Assembly: GCA_003140595.1 (NCBI GenBank)
Contig: PLKG01000097.1
Span: 27,495-91,494, forward strand
Direction: 5' to 3'
From: Acidimicrobiaceae bacterium
GTDB taxonomy: Bacteria; Actinomycetota; Acidimicrobiia; Acidimicrobiales; Bog-793
Length of the DNA: 64,000 nucleotides
Under the pieces are notes generated by a model, which saw only the letters and a list, made by a program, of their open reading frames with translations, was not told where the DNA came from and ran no database searches. A program made the position numbers and the translations under genes. This document shows, in pieces, positions 26,252 to 38,819 of this stretch (positions are counted from its first letter, which is position 1; each line of letters starts with the position of its first letter).

Positions 26252-27210
26252 CTCTGCCGGATCCGGTCGGTCACGGCCGAGCTACGGTCCCCCGGGGACA
26301 CCTCGGTCGAGCCGACGACGAAAATGCGCTCCCGCCCGGCGCTCGCAGCGGTACCGGCGGGCCTCGGTGAGCTGATCCCGAGCGCTGCCTGTGCCTCGGC
26401 CCAGGTGTAGATCTCGCCGGTGGGCTCGTGCCCACAGGCGGCGACGAAGATCTCGGCGAAGGAGGTGTCCCACTTGGACGACCTTGCGTACGCCGCGCCC
26501 ATGACGAGCTGAGAATCGGCGGCCGTGCAGCCGGTGAGATCACTCGACCAGGGTCGGAGGATGTTGTCGCGGTGCCCCCAGCATTCCGTGGCCTTCGGGG
26601 AGGTACAGCCGCCGTTGTGGCTTCCGAAACCGTCGTCGTACATCCAGCCGTCGTCGGACCCGAGCACGCTCTCGCTGCCGCCGGCCCAATTCGATCCCCA
26701 GGCGCGCACTTCGGCTCCCCCCGACAAGGTCCTGGCGGCCAGATGGGGATCATCGTCGATGTTGGCGCCGGCCTGCGCCGACTTGTCCAGTTGGATCGTG
26801 AGCGCCGTGATGGGCGGCTCGCCGCGGGAGACACGCTCCAGGTCGGCGATCACAAACAACTGCCTCGCCTCGCTCAGCTTGAGGAACTTGGACAGGTTGA
26901 ACCGCAGCGGACCGATCGGCTCAGTTCCGCGCGCCCGGTCGATTGCCTGTAGCGCCTTCGCATTGCAGGCCGCCGTGTTGTCTAGGCCTCCGGCCACGCA
27001 GTACTCGTAAAAGTTCGGGTTCGGAGAGATGTTCTTCGCCGGGTTCCTGGGCGGGAGGATCCCAGTCCGCGGCAAGGCCCTGCTATGCGGCGCGGCCGAG
27101 GCGAGCCCAGCTGCACCGGCCGACGCACAACCGCCCACTGCCGCAATCGCCGTAGTCGTCACAACGGCCACCACCACCCGGCTCACCCGTAAGACAAGTG
27201 TTGCGGGCAT
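26248..27210 (-). CDS. Putative secreted/lipoprotein with CAP/SCP (YkwD-like) signature
   Basis: Signal-like N-terminus MPATLVLRVSRVVVAVVTTTAIAAVGGCAS. Motif CWGHRDNIL resembles bacterial CAP domains. Start taken at ATG 27210; the ORF is open to 27303. 4-nt overlap with the downstream amidohydrolase. Confidence 0.5.
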   Translation of the reverse strand: MPATLVLRVSRVVVAVVTTTAIAAVGGCASAGAAGLASAAPHSRALPRTGILPPRNPAKNISPNPNFYEYCVAGGLDNTAACNAKALQAIDRARGTEPIGPLRFNLSKFLKLSEARQLFVIADLERVSRGEPPITALTIQLDKSAQAGANIDDDPHLAARTLSGGAEVRAWGSNWAGGSESVLGSDDGWMYDDGFGSHNGGCTSPKATECWGHRDNILRPWSSDLTGCTAADSQLVMGAAYARSSKWDTSFAEIFVAACGHEPTGEIYTWAEAQAALGISSPRPAGTAASAGRERIFVVGSTEVSPGDRSSAVTDRIRQR

Positions 27211-27327
27211 GCTCGAGGGTACTCGGCCCGCGCTGGCGCCAGAGCCATCTGTGCCGCGCGTCTCTGCCGATCGTGCGCCTCCTCGCAAGCGGCAAGGTCC
27301 CATGTCAGAACCGGTAGCCTCGCGTCA

Positions 27328-27801
27328 GTGACTGAAACTGTTCTCACTCCTGAGACCCACGCCCGCCTCGTGGCCGAGCTCGAGGACCTGACGACGCGCG
27401 GGCGCGTGGAGATCGCGCGCCAGATCGAGGCCGCCCGGGCACTCGGAGATCTTTCCGAGAATGGCGACTACCACGCCGCAAAGGACGCCCAGGGCAAGAT
27501 GGAGTCCCGGGTGCGCCAGCTGCAGCGCATGCTGGAAGGTGCCGTGCTCGTCGACAGCTCGACTCACGAAGTGGGCGTGGTTACCACCGGCGTCGTCGTG
27601 GAACTCCGCTACGAGGGCGACGACGAGACCGAGAGGTTCCTCGTCGGCTCCATCGAGGAGAAGGGAGAAGGCGTATCGGTCATATCGCCCGCTTCACCGC
27701 TCGGCCAGGCGCTCGTCGGCCGCAATGTCGGCGAGACGGTCAACTACGAGGCTCCTAACGGCCGCGCCTTCACCGTCGAGATCGTCTCGGTCGGCCACTA
27801 G
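27328..27801 (+). CDS. greA: Transcription elongation factor GreA
   Basis: 157 aa. LTPETHARLVAELEDL...LGDLSENGDYHAAKDAQG is canonical GreA. Confidence 0.9.
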   Translation: MTETVLTPETHARLVAELEDLTTRGRVEIARQIEAARALGDLSENGDYHAAKDAQGKMESRVRQLQRMLEGAVLVDSSTHEVGVVTTGVVVELRYEGDDETERFLVGSIEEKGEGVSVISPASPLGQALVGRNVGETVNYEAPNGRAFTVEIVSVGH

Positions 27802-27807
27802 TGAGCC

Positions 27808-29217
27808 ATGCCTGAGACGCTCGCTGAGAAGGTATGGAACAGCCACGTCGTTCGTCCCGGCAACGGTGCCGCTGAACCTGATCTGCTCTACATCGACCTT
27901 CACCTTGTACATGAGGTGACCTCGCCACAGGCATTCGAAGGCCTGCGACTGGCGGGCCGACGTGTCAGGCGCCCTGATCTCACGATCGCGACCGCCGACC
28001 ACAACGTGCCCACCACGACTGCGCGCGGCCGCGTCGAGGACCCGGTCTCGCGCAGACAGCTCGAGGCGCTCGACGCGAACTGCGCTGAGTTCGGCGTGAC
28101 CTGTTACCCCATGGGGGACGCGAACCAGGGGATCGTCCACGTGATCGGGCCCGAGCAAGGGCTCACCCAGCCAGGCATGACGATCGTGTGCGGCGACAGC
28201 CACACATCTACTCATGGCGCCTTCGGCGCTCTGGCGTTCGGCATCGGGACTTCGGAGGTCGAGCACGTCCTCGCCACCCAGACCCTCCCCCAACGCCGAC
28301 CCCGAACGATGGCCGTCACGGTCGAGGGCGATCTCGCGCTCGGTGTGAGCGCAAAGGACGTCGTGCTCGCAATCGTCGGCAGGCTCGGCACCACCGGCGG
28401 CGTGGGCCACGTCGTCGAGTACCGGGGTTCCACGATCCGCTCGCTGTCGATGGAAGGCCGCATGACGGTCTGCAACATGTCCATCGAAGCCGGTGCCCGC
28501 GCCGGGATGATCGCTCCAGACGAGGTCACCTTCGAGTACGTCCAGGGCCGACGCCACGCGCCAAAAAGCACGGACTGGGACCGCGCTGTCGATGCCTGGC
28601 GTGGACTGGCGACCGACGTAGGTGCCCGATTCGACGCGGAGGTCGACCTCGATGCCGCCGCAATAAGGCCTCATGTGTCCTGGGGCACAAATCCTGCCCA
28701 GGTCGTGCCGATCGACGGCGAGGTGCCGAGCCCCGACGACCTGGCGACTGCAGCCGAGCGCGAGGCGGCTGCCCGAGCGCTCGCCTACATGGGTCTTAGA
28801 GCCGGCACCCCGATCAGCACGATCGAGGTGGACACCGTGTTCATCGGCTCCTGCACCAACTCGAGGATCGAGGATCTGCGGACAGCAGCCGGCGTGCTCG
28901 AGGGGCGTCGCATACGCCCGGGCCTGCGCGCGCTCGTCGTACCGGGTTCACGCCAGATCAAACGCCAAGCCGAATCAGAGGGCTTGGACCGGGTCTTCAT
29001 CGAGGCAGGGTTCGAGTGGAGGGAGAGCGGCTGCTCCATGTGCCTTGGAATGAACCCCGACCAGCTCTCGCCCGGGGAGCGCTGCGCCTCGACGTCGAAC
29101 CGCAATTTCGAGGGCCGCCAGGGCCGCGGCGGCCGCACCCATCTCGTGTCCCCGGCGGTGGCCGCGGCGACATCGGTGGCAGGCCATTTCGCGACTCCGG
29201 CCGATCTGGGGTCGTGA
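27808..29217 (+). CDS. leuC: 3-isopropylmalate dehydratase large subunit
   Basis: 469 aa. [38 protein letters not shown] and CSMCLGMN (Fe-S ligands). Confidence 0.95.
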   Translation: MPETLAEKVWNSHVVRPGNGAAEPDLLYIDLHLVHEVTSPQAFEGLRLAGRRVRRPDLTIATADHNVPTTTARGRVEDPVSRRQLEALDANCAEFGVTCYPMGDANQGIVHVIGPEQGLTQPGMTIVCGDSHTSTHGAFGALAFGIGTSEVEHVLATQTLPQRRPRTMAVTVEGDLALGVSAKDVVLAIVGRLGTTGGVGHVVEYRGSTIRSLSMEGRMTVCNMSIEAGARAGMIAPDEVTFEYVQGRRHAPKSTDWDRAVDAWRGLATDVGARFDAEVDLDAAAIRPHVSWGTNPAQVVPIDGEVPSPDDLATAAEREAAARALAYMGLRAGTPISTIEVDTVFIGSCTNSRIEDLRTAAGVLEGRRIRPGLRALVVPGSRQIKRQAESEGLDRVFIEAGFEWRESGCSMCLGMNPDQLSPGERCASTSNRNFEGRQGRGGRTHLVSPAVAAATSVAGHFATPADLGS

Positions 29218-29219
29218 GA

Positions 29220-29816
29220 ATGGACCCCGTACGGATCGTGGCAGGCCGTGCGGTTCCGCTGAACCGCTCCGATGTCGACACCGACCAGATCATCCCGAGC
29301 GAATGGCTCAAGCGCATCGAACGGACCGGCTTCGGCGCCGGGCTGTTCGCGGAGTGGCGCGACGATCCGGGCTTCGTGCTCAACGACGCGGACTATGCCG
29401 GAGCGACGATCCTCGTTGCAGGACCGAATTTCGGTACAGGCTCGTCGCGCGAGCACGCCGTGTGGGCTCTGGTCGACTACGGCTTCCGTGCAGTCGTAAG
29501 CTCCCGTTTCGGCGACATCTTCCGCAACAACTCCACCCGGTCCGGGCTCGTGCCGGCCGAGGTGTCAGACGAGGACGGCCGTGCCCTCCTGCAGGCGGCC
29601 GCCGCGGACCCGTCGCTCGAGGTCGTCGTGGACGTGGAGCGCCGGCTGGTCGAGGCGCCTGCGGCGGGTATCTCGGTGCCGTTCCGGTTGGACGACGACG
29701 CCCGGGACCGACTGCTGCGGGGCCTCGACGACATCGACGTGACAGCCCTCAGCACCGCGCAGATCGACGCCTTCGAGGCACAGCGGCCCGGGTGGCTCCC
29801 GAGCGTCACGCCCTGA
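29220..29816 (+). CDS. leuD: 3-isopropylmalate dehydratase small subunit
   Basis: MDPVRIVAGRAVPLNRSDVDTDQIIPSEWLKRIERTGFG; GPNFGTGSSREHAVWAL. The ATG is 2 nt after the leuC stop. Confidence 0.95.
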   Translation: MDPVRIVAGRAVPLNRSDVDTDQIIPSEWLKRIERTGFGAGLFAEWRDDPGFVLNDADYAGATILVAGPNFGTGSSREHAVWALVDYGFRAVVSSRFGDIFRNNSTRSGLVPAEVSDEDGRALLQAAAADPSLEVVVDVERRLVEAPAAGISVPFRLDDDARDRLLRGLDDIDVTALSTAQIDAFEAQRPGWLPSVTP

Positions 29817-29844
29817 GCCGTCGCCTGATCGGACCGGTGCGGGT

Positions 29845-31407
29845 CTAAGGCGTCACCTGAGTTTCGCCAACGGCGTCCAGCCCGCTGCCCACAGCCCTCG
29901 CCTTGGCGCGGACGACGCGGTTGGTGGCCGCGATGTACGCCCGGGCGGCCGCTTCCACAACATCGGTCGAGAGCCCACGACCAGATGCGCGCACGCCGTC
30001 GGAGTCCAGCTGGATGACGACGTCCCCGAGCGCGTCGATGCCGCCGGTGACAGACGAGACGTTGAAATCCGTGAGCTTGGCGTCGATGCCCGTCGCCTGC
30101 TTGATCGCCTTGCAGGTCGCGTCGATCATGCCGTCGCCTTCGGCGGTCGCCTCGGACTTGCGACCGTCTCGACTGACCACGACCCTGGCACGCGGCATTC
30201 CGATCGTGCCGCCCTGGACGTCGAGCACGTCGAGGACGAATCCCTCCTCAAGGGCTGTTCCGATCTCCTCTGCGACGATCGCCTCGAGGTCGGCGTCGGT
30301 CAGCTGCACCTTGCGGTCCGCCAGTTCCTTGAAACGAGCGAACGCCGCGTTCAGGCCGTCGCCCTGGATCATGATGCCGAGCTTGGCAAGCGTGTCCGCG
30401 AACGCGTGCCGCCCGGTGTGCTTGCCGAGAACGATCTGGCCGCCCTCCTGGCCCACAGAGGCTGCTTCGATGATCTCGTAGGTCGAGCGATCCTTGAGCA
30501 CGCCTTGCTGGTGGATGCCCGACTCGTGGGCAAAGGCGTTCTTGCCCACGACCGCCTTGTTCCACTGGACCTGATATCCCGTCAGGCGTGCCACCATCCG
30601 GCTCGTTCGGGCCAGTTCCTTGGTTCTCACGTTCGTCTCCAACCCGGGAAACTGATCCGGGCGGATCTTGAGCGCCATGACGACTTCCTCGAGCGCGGCG
30701 TTGCCTGCCCGTTCGCCGAGGCCGTTTATGGAGACCTCAACCTGGCGGGCCCCTGCGCGCACTCCCGCGAGGCTGTTCGCCACGGCTAGGCCGAGGTCGT
30801 TGTGACAGTGGGTCGAGATCGTGTAGTCGCCCGCGACCTGGTCTCGTACGTGCGCGATGAGGTCGCCGTAGTCCCACGGGATGCCGTAGCCGACGGTGTC
30901 GGGGATGTTCAGCGTGGTGGCTCCAGACTCGATGGCCGCGCTCAGCACCTCGAGCATGAAGTCGAGCGGCGTCCGGGTGGCGTCCTGGGGCGAGAACTCA
31001 ATGTCGGCGGTATGCTCACGAGCCCTCGCTATGCCCATGCGCACAGCCTCGAGCACCTGGTCTTCGCTCATCTTCAACATGTGCTCCATGTGGCTCGGGC
31101 TCGTCGAGATGAAGATGTGGATGCGGCTGCGCTCCGCGTCTCGCAGCGCCTCGTAGCAGCGGTCCACGTCAGCGAGCTGGGTCCGCGAAAGCCCGGCGAT
31201 CACAGGACCCTGCACGGTGCGGGCGATTGCCTGGACCGCCTCGAACTCACCTTGGCTCGAGACTGGGAAGCCCGCCTCGATGTAGTCGACGCCGAGGCGC
31301 GCTAACTGCTCTGCGATCTCGAGCTTCTCCCCGGGGTCGAGGGAGATCCCCGGCGACTGCTCGCCGTCCCGCAGTGTCGTGTCGAAGATGACAACCTTGT
31401 CGCTCAT
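29845..31407 (-). CDS. leuA: 2-isopropylmalate synthase (short form)
   Basis: 520 aa. VVIFDTTLRDGEQSPGISL, HCHNDLGLAVANSLAG, C-terminal LeuA-dimer regulatory domain. Confidence 0.95.
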   Translation of the reverse strand: MSDKVVIFDTTLRDGEQSPGISLDPGEKLEIAEQLARLGVDYIEAGFPVSSQGEFEAVQAIARTVQGPVIAGLSRTQLADVDRCYEALRDAERSRIHIFISTSPSHMEHMLKMSEDQVLEAVRMGIARAREHTADIEFSPQDATRTPLDFMLEVLSAAIESGATTLNIPDTVGYGIPWDYGDLIAHVRDQVAGDYTISTHCHNDLGLAVANSLAGVRAGARQVEVSINGLGERAGNAALEEVVMALKIRPDQFPGLETNVRTKELARTSRMVARLTGYQVQWNKAVVGKNAFAHESGIHQQGVLKDRSTYEIIEAASVGQEGGQIVLGKHTGRHAFADTLAKLGIMIQGDGLNAAFARFKELADRKVQLTDADLEAIVAEEIGTALEEGFVLDVLDVQGGTIGMPRARVVVSRDGRKSEATAEGDGMIDATCKAIKQATGIDAKLTDFNVSSVTGGIDALGDVVIQLDSDGVRASGRGLSTDVVEAAARAYIAATNRVVRAKARAVGSGLDAVGETQVTP

Positions 31408-31488
31408 CGCTCGCTCGCTCCATTGTCGGGGCTCAACCGAGTCCTTCTCTTCCGCTCCTCACGTCGAGGCCCTCACCCGCGCCCGGCC

Positions 31489-31521
31489 AACAAAAAACCT
31501 CCTGGCCTGAGGCGCAGGAGG
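31489..31521 (-). terminator. Intrinsic terminator of the leuA attenuator: CCTCCTG-N10-CAGGAGG followed by TTTTTTG
   Basis: On the minus strand the 7-bp GC-rich stem (31521-31515 / 31504-31498), extendable by 3 bp, is followed directly by six U (31497-31492). It lies 82 nt upstream of the leuA ATG on the same strand. Confidence 0.7.
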
Positions 31522-31550
31522 CGTTGGCGAACGCGAAGGGGCGCTCGCCG

Positions 31551-31592
31551 TCAGGTAAGGAGGAGGACCCGGAAGAACCGCTCGTCGGTCAT
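31551..31592 (-). CDS. leuA leader peptide MTDERFFRVLLLT (13 aa, three consecutive Leu codons)
   Basis: ATG ACC GAC GAG CGG TTC TTC CGG GTC CTC CTC CTT ACC TGA read directly from the minus strand. It sits between a promoter-like element and the terminator hairpin. Confidence 0.6.
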   Translation of the reverse strand: MTDERFFRVLLLT

Positions 31593-31602
31593 GTCACCTG
31601 TG

Positions 31603-31631
31603 ATTGTGGTGCACAGCTCCCGATCCGTCAA
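31603..31631 (-). promoter_or_regulatory. Candidate sigma-A-type promoter TTGACG-N17-CACAAT for the leuA leader
   Basis: -35 at 31631-31626 and -10 at 31608-31603 on the minus strand. The -10 ends 10 nt before the leader ATG, implying a very short or leaderless 5' end. Confidence 0.35.
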
Positions 31632-31656
31632 CCTTGCCGTGTCCGCTGCCCGCATG

Positions 31657-32169
31657 CTAGGTCGGAGGTGCGGGCCCCTCGTCGCTCTCGGCGACCGCGC
31701 GATAGGCGCTGCGATGGTGGACAAGGGGGGTTCGGCCGGTCTCGACGCCCATCACGAGCACCTTTCCGAGCACGAGCAGGTGGTCTCCTGTCTCGACCAC
31801 CCGTTCGATACTGCAGTCGACGAAGGCCACAGCGCCTACAAGTACCGGGTTCCCGGACGGTGCAGGGTGCCACTCGACCCCATCGAACTTGTCAGCCTCG
31901 CTCTCGGCGAATCGCGACGAGATCTCGGCCTGGTCCTGGCCGAGCACGCTGACGCAGAACGATCCCGAGGTGTCGATGAGCGGCCAGCTCCTCGAGGTCT
32001 TCGCGACGAAGAAGCCCACGAATGGGGGGTCGAGTGAGACCGGGACGAAGGTGCCCACCGACAGCCCCTTCGGGCGGCCGTCGACAACCCCGGCCACGAC
32101 CGCGACGCTCGTCGGCACGTGCGCCATCACCTGGCGGAAGTGCTCTGCGCTGAGGTTGGGCACCGCCAC
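31657..32169 (-). CDS. Flavin reductase-like (split-barrel FMN-binding) protein
   Basis: 170 aa. FRQVMAHVPTSVAVVAG...GLSVGTFVPVSLDPPFVGF...GDHLLVLGKV is typical of the flavin reductase domain. Confidence 0.75.
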   Translation of the reverse strand: MAVPNLSAEHFRQVMAHVPTSVAVVAGVVDGRPKGLSVGTFVPVSLDPPFVGFFVAKTSRSWPLIDTSGSFCVSVLGQDQAEISSRFAESEADKFDGVEWHPAPSGNPVLVGAVAFVDCSIERVVETGDHLLVLGKVLVMGVETGRTPLVHHRSAYRAVAESDEGPAPPT

Positions 32170-33734
32170 TAGGCGTCGGCGACGCTGTGGATCTCGAGAA
32201 TGCCGGCCGCGGACCGGACGCGGCCGATCACCTCGGTGGGGACGGGGCGGTCCGTCGAGAGAACCATCAAGGCCGTGCCACCGCCCGAAGTCTGGCCGAC
32301 AGCCATATTCGTGATGCTGACACCGACTTCACCCAGAGCCGATCCGACGATTCCGATCATTCCCGGACGATCATCGTTGCGCACGATCAGCAAGTTCGCG
32401 TCGAAGGGGAGATCGACGAGGTGATCGTCGACCATGACGATCCGTTCGGTGCCCGTCCACCCCAAAGTCCCCGAGACCGTATGTCCACCACCGCGAAGCG
32501 TCACCTGGCTGAGGTAGTCGCCCACGACCGTCGTCGAGGACTCGCGCACTTCGAGACCCCTGTCCTTGGCGAAGTGGGGAACATTCACGTACGAGACCGG
32601 CTCCTCGATCGCCGCCGCGAATATCCCCTTCAGCGCGCACAAAGTAAGGATCCGTGTGTCCTCACTTGCGAGGTCGCCCTGGTACTCGACCTCGAGGTGG
32701 CCAGGCACCGCTCCACACAAGGCAACAAGCAGGTGGCCCAACCGCTCGGTCACCCCGACGAACTGCCGGACGCTCTCTGTGGCTCCGGGAGCGGCGACAT
32801 TGACCGCATAGGGCACGAGCTCGCCCCGAAGGGCCAGTACGATCTGCTCGGCTATCTGCTCGCCCGCCTTGTCCTGCGCCTCAGCGGTGCTCGCGCCGAG
32901 ATGCGGCGTGACGACGACCTGGTCGAGCGCGAACAAGGGCGAGGACGTGCACGGCTCGGTGGAGAAGACGTCGAGCGCAGCACCGGCGACCAACCCCGAC
33001 GAGATGGCGTCTGCAAGTGCCTCCTCGTCCACGATCGCGCCACGGGCGGCATTGACGATGCGCATGCCCGGCTTGGACTTGGCGAGCAGCTCCTTGCCGA
33101 CCAGGCCGATCGTCTCAGCCGACTTCGGCAGGTGGATGGTCACGAAATCGGCACTTGAGAAGAGCTCTTCCAGTCCGAGGAGCTCGACGCCGATCGCACG
33201 GGCGCGATCTGCGGTCACGTACGGGTCATACGCGATCAGCCGCATCCCGAAGGCGGCGGCACGCTGGGCGACGAGGGAGCCCACATGACCAAGGCCCAGG
33301 ATCCCGAGCGTCTTGCCGTGCAGCTCGACGCCCTCCCACTTGGACCGCTCCCACCGTCCCGCGACGAGCGCAGCGTGGGCCTGTGGAATGTTGCGGGCCT
33401 GCGCCAACAACAGTGCGACGGCGTGCTCCGCGGCCGACAGGATGTTCGACTCGGGCGCGTTGACGACCATCACGCCTCTACGCGTGGCCGCGGGGATGTC
33501 GACGTTGTCGAGCCCGACGCCCGCGCGTCCGACCGCGACCAGGTCCCGTCCCGCAGCGAGCACTTCGGCTGTGACGCGGGTCGCTGAACGGATGACCAGA
33601 GCGGCCGCACCGGGCACCGCGGCGATGAGCTCGGCGGGAGTTAGCGCCAATTGCACGTCGACCTCGTGGCCCTGCGAGGCCATCAGATCGAGCCCGCGAG
33701 GCGAGAGCGACTCGGTGACAAGGATCCTCGCCAT
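32169..33734 (-). CDS. serA: D-3-phosphoglycerate dehydrogenase (long form with ACT domain)
   Basis: 521 aa. GILGLGHVGSLVA NAD-binding site, HLGAST, C-terminal ACT-like region. Confidence 0.9.
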   Translation of the reverse strand: MARILVTESLSPRGLDLMASQGHEVDVQLALTPAELIAAVPGAAALVIRSATRVTAEVLAAGRDLVAVGRAGVGLDNVDIPAATRRGVMVVNAPESNILSAAEHAVALLLAQARNIPQAHAALVAGRWERSKWEGVELHGKTLGILGLGHVGSLVAQRAAAFGMRLIAYDPYVTADRARAIGVELLGLEELFSSADFVTIHLPKSAETIGLVGKELLAKSKPGMRIVNAARGAIVDEEALADAISSGLVAGAALDVFSTEPCTSSPLFALDQVVVTPHLGASTAEAQDKAGEQIAEQIVLALRGELVPYAVNVAAPGATESVRQFVGVTERLGHLLVALCGAVPGHLEVEYQGDLASEDTRILTLCALKGIFAAAIEEPVSYVNVPHFAKDRGLEVRESSTTVVGDYLSQVTLRGGGHTVSGTLGWTGTERIVMVDDHLVDLPFDANLLIVRNDDRPGMIGIVGSALGEVGVSITNMAVGQTSGGGTALMVLSTDRPVPTEVIGRVRSAAGILEIHSVADA

Positions 33735-33737
33735 CGA

Positions 33738-37063
<3,326 letters not shown>

Positions 37064-37114
37064 TATCGCGGAAGGGTACCAACCGCCGGCGCTGACTTAG
37101 CGTAACGGCCTTCA

Positions 37115-37155
37115 GCGCGCCGACCACTTCCTGCCAAACGACGCGGTCGGCGCGC
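37115..37155 (-). terminator. Perfect 11-bp inverted repeat GCGCGCCGACC-N19-GGTCGGCGCGC (hairpin without U-tract) downstream of the 37169-37831 gene
   Basis: The arms 37115-37125 and 37145-37155 are exact reverse complements. It is located in the 105-nt gap between two same-strand genes. Confidence 0.4.
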
Positions 37156-37168
37156 CCGGACCCGGTGC

Positions 37169-37831
37169 TCAGGTGGCCAGGTCCATCGTCAACAGGTCAT
37201 CGACGATGCGGGTCGTGCCCGCGCCACCGACCGTCTTCGGACTGCCGCCGAGCAGGGCTCCGAATCCGGTGGTGCCCTTGTTGTCCGCGGCGCCGACGGC
37301 TTTCCCACCGTTCATCTCGTAGCTCCAGCTGAACGCCGTCGGGCCGAATGACGCGAGGGGGGCGAAGGTGAACTTCACGCCCTTGGGCGCCTCGGCTACG
37401 ACTCTCGCCTCGGCCTTGGCCCGTGTGGCGAGCTGGGAGGCGGGGATGCCGGGCTCCCGTGAGATGTTGATCTCCCCCACCGAGCCCATGAATATGCACT
37501 CATAGGTCGTCCCGAACGCGGTCTTCTCGACCTTGGTCTCGAGGACCACGACAGTTGACCCGACGGCCGAGGAGATCTTTGCGGCAGTGAAGTGGGCACA
37601 GTAAGCAGAAAGAACGGTGCCGGGAAGCGAGCTCCGTGCGGGCAGTGCGGACGCCGCGCCGAGCGTCGCGGGGCCGTGTTGCTGTGCCTGCGCGGTGGCC
37701 GGGAGGACCAGGCACGCCGCGCAGCTGCTCGCCGCGAGAAGCGCTCCGGCGAGCCATCGCGCACGGGCCCGGTGTCGAATAGAGCTCTGCGCGTCGAGTT
37801 GCGACCCACCGGCGCCTGAGGTGCTCATCAT
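37169..37831 (-). CDS. Hypothetical secreted protein
   Basis: ATG 37831 is preceded by AAGGAG-N5. Signal peptide RARARWLAGALLAASSCAACLVLPATAQA. No family recognised. Confidence 0.6.
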   Translation of the reverse strand: MMSTSGAGGSQLDAQSSIRHRARARWLAGALLAASSCAACLVLPATAQAQQHGPATLGAASALPARSSLPGTVLSAYCAHFTAAKISSAVGSTVVVLETKVEKTAFGTTYECIFMGSVGEINISREPGIPASQLATRAKAEARVVAEAPKGVKFTFAPLASFGPTAFSWSYEMNGGKAVGAADNKGTTGFGALLGGSPKTVGGAGTTRIVDDLLTMDLAT

Positions 37832-37980
37832 TTCTGCTCCTTGGTTGAGGCTGCCTGCGGTGTGCCCGAAGACCGATCGGGACCCCAATGCACCTCTGTC
37901 GTCAACTGGTGTCAGTCTGCGTGCTGTGATGTTAGAGGGCCTGGGGAATTACATCGACCGCGGGCGTGGGCACTTGACAC

Positions 37981-38802
37981 TCAAGACACGAGCGGCAGCT
38001 CCACGGCTGCGTCCATGGCCAACCAGAACAGCGCCTCGCGCACATCATGGGCGTGCACCCAGTCCCGGTGGTCCCAGGAATCGCCGGCGAGGCTGTCACC
38101 CGCGTACAGGACCTGGCCCAACACGACACCCCTGAACCGCGCCACCGCCAACAGCGCGGCCGCCTCCATCTCGACGGTGATGCACCCCTCGGCTCGCCGG
38201 AGCGAGACCTTGTCCCGGGTCTCCCGATAGACGGCGTCGGTCGACCAGGTGATGCCGGTCGTGAACGGCACACCCACGCGACCGAGGACCCCCTCGATCA
38301 CCGACACGACCGCCGGAGCGGTCTCGATCAGCCGGGACGGGGGCAGGTAGTGATACGACGTGCCCTCGTCGCGAACCGCCGCCGACACCACGACCGGATG
38401 GCCGAGCGCGAGGGTGGCATCCAGCACCCCGGCGCCTCCGCAGGCGAGAAAAGCACGGCAGCCGTAGTCGATCGCTTCCTCCAAGAAGGTCGCCGCCAGC
38501 GGAGCGCCCACGCCGGGCTGGAAGAAGGCGACCCGCTGGCCTCGATACACGATCTCGAAAATCGGGTGTACGCCGTGCTCGGAATGCAGGCGGGCCACCT
38601 GCCGGGCCCCTCGCTCGGACGCGACTGCGCTGACGACGTCACCGAAGAAGCACATGACCGCGCGTGGCGGAACATCGACCTCGTCACGCGACGGGGCACA
38701 CAGATGAACCGACGGTTCGATGAGCGCTCGGCGCTCCGGGTCGAACTCGAGGATCGGGTAAGCGGCCCGCAGCCAACCGCCGGGACCCGGCGTGGGGGGC
38801 AT
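37981..38802 (-). CDS. Nucleoside phosphorylase family-1 (PNP/UDP) protein
   Basis: GGAGVLD, TGITWSTDAVYRET, EMEAAALLAVA. ATG 38802 lies 17 nt after the ilvC stop; the ORF is open to 38976. Confidence 0.65.
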   Translation of the reverse strand: MPPTPGPGGWLRAAYPILEFDPERRALIEPSVHLCAPSRDEVDVPPRAVMCFFGDVVSAVASERGARQVARLHSEHGVHPIFEIVYRGQRVAFFQPGVGAPLAATFLEEAIDYGCRAFLACGGAGVLDATLALGHPVVVSAAVRDEGTSYHYLPPSRLIETAPAVVSVIEGVLGRVGVPFTTGITWSTDAVYRETRDKVSLRRAEGCITVEMEAAALLAVARFRGVVLGQVLYAGDSLAGDSWDHRDWVHAHDVREALFWLAMDAAVELPLVS

Positions 38803-38819
38803 AGCGCGACCGGAGACGG

